From NCBI RefSeq assembly GCF_000175255.2, contig NC_017180.1, forward strand, positions 1 to 32,000: a stretch of DNA of 32,000 nt, written 5' to 3'. Positions 25,787-32,000 of the stretch are shown here, piece after piece. A program made the translations under genes and the position numbers. The notes under the pieces are model-generated. The model saw nothing but the letters and a program-made list of their open reading frames with translations. It did no database searches and was not told the DNA's origin. The stretch comes from Zymomonas mobilis subsp. mobilis ATCC 10988. Its GTDB lineage: Bacteria > Pseudomonadota > Alphaproteobacteria > Sphingomonadales > Sphingomonadaceae. The stretch's first letter is position 1. The number at the start of each line of letters is the position of its first letter.

Positions 25787-26630
25787 GGTTCTGTTGACAA
25801 AGGTTATAATTTAAGATTTTTAGAGACAAATTGAGAACAAGTTTTGTAGGGAAGACAGGATGCGAGGAGATCTGACGGACGCGGAATGGCAGATAATAGA
25901 GGGTCTTCTTCCAAGCGAACGAGGCCGCTGCGCACGTCCCGCAAAAAGTAATCGGTTATTCTCAACGTATGCTTTATGTGCTTCGAACAGGCTGCCCGTG
26001 GCGAGACATGCATGAACGTTATGGGAAATGGAATTCGGTCTATGTTCGGTTTCCTAGATGGGCGGAACAGGGTGTCTGGGATGCTCTTCTTGAAACCCTG
26101 GTTGACCTTGGCCTGACAGATGACTGGCAACATATGATAGATAGTACGATTATTCGCGCCCACAGCCAAACGGCTGGCGCAAAAAGGGGACGGATAAGGA
26201 AGGCTTTGGTCAAAGCCGCGGAGGCTTTACGAGCAAGATCCACGCCCGTTCCGATGGTCAAGGCCGCCCTCTAACTTTCGAACTTACAGGTGGTGAGGTC
26301 CCTGATTATTCTGGCCCTTGTGACAACGCCCCGCTGTTTTCTCGCCGATAAAGGATATTATAGCGATAGGTTATGCGAAAAACTACTCTTTCGAGGCATC
26401 CTTCCTGTTATTCCGCCTTGTTCCAATCGAAAAAAGCCTATTCCTTATAATCTCCAGCACTACAAAGATCGTCATTGTATTGAGCGGATGTTTAATAAGC
26501 TGAAGCAGTTCAGACGTATTGCCAGACGCTATGACAAAACCAGAAAATCTTTCCTCGCCTTTCTTCAGATCGATCCCATGCCCTTTGGTAGAACCAAGCA
26601 AAAATACCTATGATTGTTGACAACAACATC
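25787..26630 (+). mobile_element. IS5-family (IS427-group-like) insertion sequence with a frameshifted transposase
   Basis: The transposase is spread over at least 3 frames: 'MRGDLTDAEWQIIEGLLPSERGR' (from 25860), 'MLYVLRTGCPWRDMHERYGKWNSVYVRF.RWAEQGVWDALL...MIDSTIIRAHSQTAGAKRG' and 'FLADKGYYSD...KDRHCIERMFNKLKQFRRIARRYDKTRKSFLAFL'. Imperfect terminal inverted repeats match at about 14 of 24 positions ('ggttctgttgacaaagg...' and '...gattgttgacaacaacatc'). Size is ~844 bp. Confidence 0.7.
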
Positions 26631-26757
26631 CCCCAATTAACGGACATGGCAGTATTTCTCTCAGTTTCTTAACGATCTAACATGAAAACACGTGAAATAC
26701 GTCGTTTGATTTTATAGATAGCAGACATTATTAAAGTGGATTTTGAGAAGTTTCAGT

Positions 26758-27276
26758 ATGCTCATTGTATTCACAGGATTGCCTGGGTGTGGGAAAACGA
26801 CAATTGCTCAGCTTCTTTCCAAAAAATTGTCGGCTGTGTATATTCGTGTAGATGAGATCGAACAGGCAATTAAATATTCGAATGTTTTACGAGATGACAT
26901 TGGTTCAGTAGGTTACGAAGTGGCGAGCTACCTGGCGCGTTCAAATTTAAATTTGGGAACAATGGTTATCGTGGATTGTGTGAACCCAGTTTTCGAAAGC
27001 CGAGAAATGTTTTATCAAACCGGAAAAGAAACCAATTCCTCAGTCATAGATGTCGAAGTCGTGTGCTCTGATCCTGTAGAACACAGGCGTCGGATTGAAT
27101 TTCGATTGGCGGACATTCCTGGACACAAAGTCCCAGAATGGGATGCCATTTGGGAGATGGAATATACACCATGGTCTAGCCCTCGCCTAATCATCGACAC
27201 CGCGATATGCTCTAGTGATGATGCATTAAGTAAAATTTCTGATTATTTGAGGTTAAAGTCTCGCTCGATTACATAG
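26758..27276 (+). CDS. P-loop kinase/NTPase (AAA_33-like)
   Basis: 'MLIVFTGLPGCGKTT' is a Walker A motif at the extreme N-terminus. About 170 aa, with a 'VIVDCVN' Walker B-like strand. The ORF track starts at a TTG at 26743. Confidence 0.65.
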   Translation: MLIVFTGLPGCGKTTIAQLLSKKLSAVYIRVDEIEQAIKYSNVLRDDIGSVGYEVASYLARSNLNLGTMVIVDCVNPVFESREMFYQTGKETNSSVIDVEVVCSDPVEHRRRIEFRLADIPGHKVPEWDAIWEMEYTPWSSPRLIIDTAICSSDDALSKISDYLRLKSRSIT

Positions 27277-27470
27277 CCACCGATGATCAATTCTGATGCT
27301 CTCGGCTACTGGAAAAGACTTAAGCTCCTTGTGGATTGGCCGATTTTAGCTCCAGTAGGAGACTGATGGAGTACGATTTTATTAAGGTGTTCCGACTGGC
27401 TATTAAAAAGGTAATCCTAGCCTTTCTAGTTTAATCGGAATTATGAAAGCATTAGAGAAACTTGTCCCTA

Positions 27471-28295
27471 TTAATTTTGCGCGTCCATCCAGTGGCTGAT
27501 GGCACCCACCACACTATCTTCAATACCGTAATAACCATGCGGTGTGAGCGATCCACAAGCCTTAGTTGATTTGTTTATACCCCCAGAGACAATAAGCACA
27601 TGCACGTTTCTGCTGGCAGTCATCGCGGCTGCGATCTGGTTTGCAGCTTTAGGGGGCGCTACTTTACAGCGATCGTCCCTGTTGGCGACTACTAAGACAG
27701 GTATACTAACATGCTGCGGATCAGCATCAAAAACTGTCTCGCCACTACCGCCCATTACCGAAACGGATTCAGTAAGTACTAAGCCAGCGATACTGCCCGG
27801 CGCGGCGTGTGCTGCACCATTCACCGCCGCAATTGTTCCTTGGCTCGTGCCAAGCAGGAACACAGGAGTTGTCCCATGTAAGTGAGCAAACTTAACAAGG
27901 TCATCAACTATATGCCCATAAATGGATGAACTGCGTACACCGCGTAAGTTGGCATGATCAGTCGAATCTGGGATAAGCACTGCATAACCTCGCCGATTCC
28001 ATAGTGCGCGGGTTCGTATCAAAAAGTTTTTATTGTGCCTAATGTGGCCGTCTTGTTCTAGACCTATATTTCCAGTTCCACCGGGAAGCATTACAATCGT
28101 TCCCCGCGCGGATAGGGGTGTAGAAAGTAAAACTCTCTGATAATTTCCTTCTCTTAATGGCAGGTTGAATATCTGTTCGGACACCATCCGATGATCTTGC
28201 CGTAGAGCATCTCGAGCTAGCGCTGTAACCGGAATTAACATCATGCTAAGCGCGAATAATACGACTAGATAAAATGGGGAGGGATTTCTTTTCAT
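27471..28295 (-). CDS. Secreted alpha/beta-fold hydrolase
   Basis: Signal peptide 'MKRNPSPFYLVVLFALSMMLIPVTALA'. Nucleophile elbow 'LLGTSQGT' (GxSxG). 274 aa. Confidence 0.7.
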   Translation of the reverse strand: MKRNPSPFYLVVLFALSMMLIPVTALARDALRQDHRMVSEQIFNLPLREGNYQRVLLSTPLSARGTIVMLPGGTGNIGLEQDGHIRHNKNFLIRTRALWNRRGYAVLIPDSTDHANLRGVRSSSIYGHIVDDLVKFAHLHGTTPVFLLGTSQGTIAAVNGAAHAAPGSIAGLVLTESVSVMGGSGETVFDADPQHVSIPVLVVANRDDRCKVAPPKAANQIAAAMTASRNVHVLIVSGGINKSTKACGSLTPHGYYGIEDSVVGAISHWMDAQN

Positions 28296-30308
28296 TTTTT
28301 CCTATTGCACTATCGTGATTTTGTAAGCGCTAAGCAAACAGATAGTTTATATGGAAGCAATATGGGGCTCCCGTAGTTCGACTTTAATCATCAGGTCAGC
28401 GGAATACAATAAACTAAGGATAAGAAGCCTTTTAGCTATTCTATCAACTTGAATCATCGCATTTTGGTAGAGAAATCTTGTTCCAAGAGCTTTTTAAATA
28501 GCCCTGTTGGGTGCCAATTAATAAAGGCTGATCAATTGCAATCCTACCTAAAACAACGACAGGAATAGATCCTGCATATTCTTGAGCTAATTTCGTGATC
28601 TCACAGCAATGGAGGCCGAAACACAATAGCCATACCATAACCCGATGATTTTTTCGCAAAAAAAAAGAAAGTCTCAAAACCCATAATCAGAGGCTATGTC
28701 ATCAGGATTCTACGAAAAATGATTTTGACCTGTTTGGCGTGGTAACCCCACCCAAGCCCTCGGCGTAGAGGTGTCGCTTTTTATGCACTTTCTGACCTTA
28801 TGCAGGATAGCCATAAATAACCTAAAATGCTGCCTTAAAATAGCTTTATTCAATGAAATACGGCCGAAAATATTTTATGCATATTTATGCAGCCTTGTCC
28901 ATTGGTAGCTCCCCCTATTTTCCTGTTAAAATACTCCTTGTTTCTCAAAAGCTATGTCCTCTTTTTTATCCTCAGGATTAGGCTTCAGTTAGCTATGAGT
29001 AGAGGAATTGAAAAAGAGAACGTGTGGGAAAAATCAGACTATAGCAAGCAGCTAGTAAGAAGAATCAGAGAAATGCAATGGAATATACAGGCTGGATAGA
29101 AGTTTGGATCTTCACCTGTTTAGTAAATCAGCCCTTCATTACAGAAGAAGATCGAGGGATAGAGGTTATATTCTGCATCATCCATTTTTAGTCAAGATTT
29201 ATGGACAGAAGATTGTAAGCCCAAAAAGCATTAGGATGTCTTCTCAGAGTAAAATTAAAATACTTCCTCTTCTTGGTCCACTGGTCACATACCTTCTTTC
29301 TTGCTGTAGAGGTCTCTCTGGGCTGATGATGTATAGACAGCTTTTGGCTTTCGGAAAGGTATATCTCTTAGCTATAGCCGATGAAGTGGATCAATTCTTT
29401 TTAAAGAAGCAGTATCAAAACCCATTGGTTGATATAAAAATATCAAGAGAGGTATTTTTTTATTATACCCTTAGCGTTCGGTAGACCAACCCTAGCCCCC
29501 GCGCCATAGATATCGCTTTTCTACGCATTTTTTAGTTCGACGCAAGTAACAAAATATCGCATTAAATAGCCCTTAAAACGCAAAGTTTTTTAGAAAAATA
29601 CCCATTTTTGCTGTTCGCAAAATTACGCATGCTCAACGCATTTTGTAAATAGTAAAAAACGGGCAAAAAAATGCTTATTTTCTCAAAACCGCTCTTGAGA
29701 AAAAGCTGATAAGAGGGCTACTTGGTTAGCCCTGCCATAGCTAACAGTCTGTTCGGATAGGAAAACGATGTTGAGTAGAGTTCTTCCTGAATTGATCTGT
29801 TTAAGCCATTGATAGGCATGTTAAATTTTGCTTGTCGCTATCTTTTGTCAGAATTTACCCAAATCTCTTTAAGATTATCCTGATACTGGAGTTCGTCTGG
29901 GATCTTTGGGAAAAATAGAAAGATCTGCTATGTTATTATGAGGATAATGCTTTCATTAGATCAGCTAATCGATATCGGGTATGGAATTATAGTGAAAGCC
30001 CCTCCGTTTCATCTCAACCTTCACAGGTTGTTTTTTGCTTGTCTGTGTAGCTTTTAGCTATTTTTATTAAACTAAGACCTCTCAAATATATTATACAATG
30101 ACCGAACCTAGAGCTGCATATCGGCATATTCTAAAAATAACCCCGATATTTTTTTCTCATTTTTCAGTGAGCTCTGATATTGTTGTTCAAGTGAATTTTG
30201 CTATTCATAGTATATCTTTCGTCTACTCTATTAATCATCTTAAGAAAAATGACACGCTACAGTGTCACGTAAATTTATGATTACTTTTGGCTTTGGGTAC
30301 AGCCTATT

Positions 30309-30614
30309 TTGGCAGCTATTGCTACAGGATACGTTATGCACGTCGATAGCTATAACAAACTATATGCTGCTGTTAGTAACAAAAATAATACCCGCGATAA
30401 TGCGATGCTATTGCCTTCCATGGCAAGGTCAAACAATAGAAGTTATTCCGAAGATGAGGTTGATTTGGCCATCAATTACCTTTCAAATTATTCATTACCG
30501 TCATCAGGATTCTATAACCTTATAGAGATGATCAATGACTCAAAAGACGAAGCATTTGGAGCTACGGCCATTCGTAAACCATCTGACCAGCTCACTGAGG
30601 TTGAAAAGATCTAA
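30309..30614 (+). CDS. Hypothetical small protein
   Basis: ORF only. It starts with TTG at 30309 or ATG at 30336. No recognisable motif. Lies in otherwise gene-poor DNA. Confidence 0.25.
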   Translation: MAAIATGYVMHVDSYNKLYAAVSNKNNTRDNAMLLPSMARSNNRSYSEDEVDLAINYLSNYSLPSSGFYNLIEMINDSKDEAFGATAIRKPSDQLTEVEKI

Positions 30615-30877
30615 GTTTTATCAATTATATACCCTCAGGTGGCTAAAAAAGTTCGTTAAGTTTAAAGCTGCAGGTAGCGTTGACGAGCTAGCTGCAATGA
30701 TATCAACGAAACTGTAGGCTGCTACGAATAGGCTAAAAAAACCGAGGACATTAACCTTCAGAAAGAGGGGCTATAACCATCTGATAATATATTCATATTT
30801 CTTGAAAAGAAGGCCAATCTTGATAAGACTGTAAACACTTAATTTACTGAATAAGATACAGATAAGGATTCTTTGGC

Positions 30878-32000
30878 ATGGCTCGCAGTCGTCTATCTAA
30901 AAATTCGGATGTAGCTCCAGCTTCCAAGCAAGCAAGCAAGGCCAAGACAGCGACTGCGACATTAGGATTTGAACAGCAGATGTTTCTTGCTGCTGACAAG
31001 CTGCGCAAGAACCTTGAACCCTCAGATTACAAGCATGTTGCTCTTGGCCTAATCTTTCTGCGCTATATCTCCACTGCCTTTGAAGCCCGCCATGTTGCCT
31101 TGATGCTAGACGATCCCGCAGCAGCGGAAGACCCAGACGAATATCTAGCTGAAAATATCTTCTGGGTGCCGGAGACTGCTCGTTGGTCTCATCTTAGGGA
31201 TAATGCCCGCTCCCCTAGCATCGGTAAGATAATTGATGAAGCCATGCTGGCCATTGAAAAAGCCAATCCGGAACAGCTCAAGGGTGTTCTCCCCAAGGAT
31301 TACGGGCGGCCTGCCCTTGATAGCGTGATGCTGGGTGAGTTGATAGACCTGATCTCCGACATAGGCATGGGCGATACGGACGACAAGGCGCGGGACGTGT
31401 TGGGTCGGGTCTATGAATACTTCCTTGGCGGGTTTGCTGGAGCTGAAGGCAAGCGCGGGGGCGAGTTTTACACGCCGTCCAGCGTGGTACGCACGCTAGT
31501 TTCCATGCTCGAACCCTACAAGGGCCGGGTGTATGACCCATGCTGTGGCTCTGGTGGTATGTTCGTGCAGTCTGAACGCTTTGTGGAAACCCATGGTGGC
31601 AAGCTGGGTGACATTGCCATTTACGGGCAGGAAAGCAACCACACTACGTGGCGTCTGGCTCGCATGAACCTTGCTGTGCGGGGTATTGGCGCGGATATCC
31701 GCTGGAACAATGAAGGCAGCTTTCTGCGCGATGAACTAAAAGACCTGCGCTTTGACTATATTCTGGCCAACCCGCCCTTTAACGTGTCGGACTGGTGGAA
31801 TGCGTCACTAGAGGAAGACCCGCGCTGGCAGTATGGCAAACCGCCAGCAGGCAATGCCAACTATGCGTGGCTCCAACATATCCTGTGGCATCTGGCCCCC
31901 GACGGTACCGCTGGCGTGGTGCTGGCCAATGGTTCCATGTCCTCAAACCAGAACAGCGAAGGGGAAATTCGCCGCCGGATGGTGGAAGCAGATGTTGTGG
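30878..32000 (+). CDS. hsdM: Type I R-M DNA methyltransferase M subunit (3'-truncated by the window end)
   Basis: Own translation from the ATG at 30878: '[37 protein letters not shown]', '[10 protein letters not shown]', '[10 protein letters not shown]' (SAM motif I) and 'LANPPFN' (motif IV). Open to the end of the window, so it is absent from the ORF track. GC-rich like hsdR. Confidence 0.9.
   Translation, partial: MARSRLSKNSDVAPASKQASKAKTATATLGFEQQMFLAADKLRKNLEPSDYKHVALGLIFLRYISTAFEARHVALMLDDPAAAEDPDEYLAENIFWVPETARWSHLRDNARSPSIGKIIDEAMLAIEKANPEQLKGVLPKDYGRPALDSVMLGELIDLISDIGMGDTDDKARDVLGRVYEYFLGGFAGAEGKRGGEFYTPSSVVRTLVSMLEPYKGRVYDPCCGSGGMFVQSERFVETHGGKLGDIAIYGQESNHTTWRLARMNLAVRGIGADIRWNNEGSFLRDELKDLRFDYILANPPFNVSDWWNASLEEDPRWQYGKPPAGNANYAWLQHILWHLAPDGTAGVVLANGSMSSNQNSEGEIRRRMVEADVV

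Noticed and set aside
28444-29484. ORFs 28444-28677(-), 28887-29099(+) and 29104-29484(+)
   Set aside because: They have atypical compositions, no motifs, and weak or non-ATG starts in an AT-rich region. They are not called as genes, and the region is reported as gene-poor instead.
31278-31541. 87-aa minus-strand ORF near the right edge
   Set aside because: It is antisense to the clearly recognisable hsdM frame, with an Arg/Pro/Cys-rich shadow composition.

Overview
The window looks like a plasmid-type accessory replicon, or most of one. It is a mosaic of visibly GC-richer blocks set in AT-rich DNA. All calls below come from reading the ORF translations and the DNA by eye; no searches were run.

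Order of content:
- A HEPN/MNT pair sits inside a type I R-M operon. The MNT domain is fused in frame to HsdS, and HsdR follows. The matching hsdM runs off the right end of the window, which suggests a circular molecule only slightly larger than the window.
- An AT-rich block holds a Tat-signal PLP aminotransferase, divergent from a TonB-dependent receptor.
- A decayed IS5/IS427-type remnant.
- A relBE-type TA pair.
- A parA / RHH parG-like partition operon, ending in a 10 x 8-bp tandem array that is probably the centromere.
- A single-gene ABC-ATPase + Toprim/DUF4435-like protein (OLD / merged-PARIS-like defence candidate), bracketed by ~80-bp direct repeats derived from antitoxin gene 3' ends.
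- A dinJ-yafQ TA pair.
- An Ogr/Delta zinc-finger gene, a GapR-like (DUF2312) gene and a Rep module.
- An Abi_2 abortive-infection gene.
- A decayed BrnT toxin next to an intact HTH antitoxin.
- A GC-rich three-gene block: adenosine deaminase, divergent from a translationally coupled HAM1/ITPase-like gene and a SIR2_2-like gene.
- A 5'-nucleotidase broken by one in-frame TAA.
- A frameshifted IS5/IS427-type element.
- A P-loop kinase and a secreted alpha/beta hydrolase.
- About 2.5 kb of gene-poor, AT-rich DNA with short motif clusters.

The best candidate for an undescribed system is the deaminase / ITPase-like / SIR2 block, which could act in purine-nucleotide and NAD+ depletion or sensing. 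The ATPase-Toprim gene and the MNT-HsdS fusion rank second. From memory only, the composition and gene content resemble native Zymomonas-type alphaproteobacterial plasmids; this is unverified.
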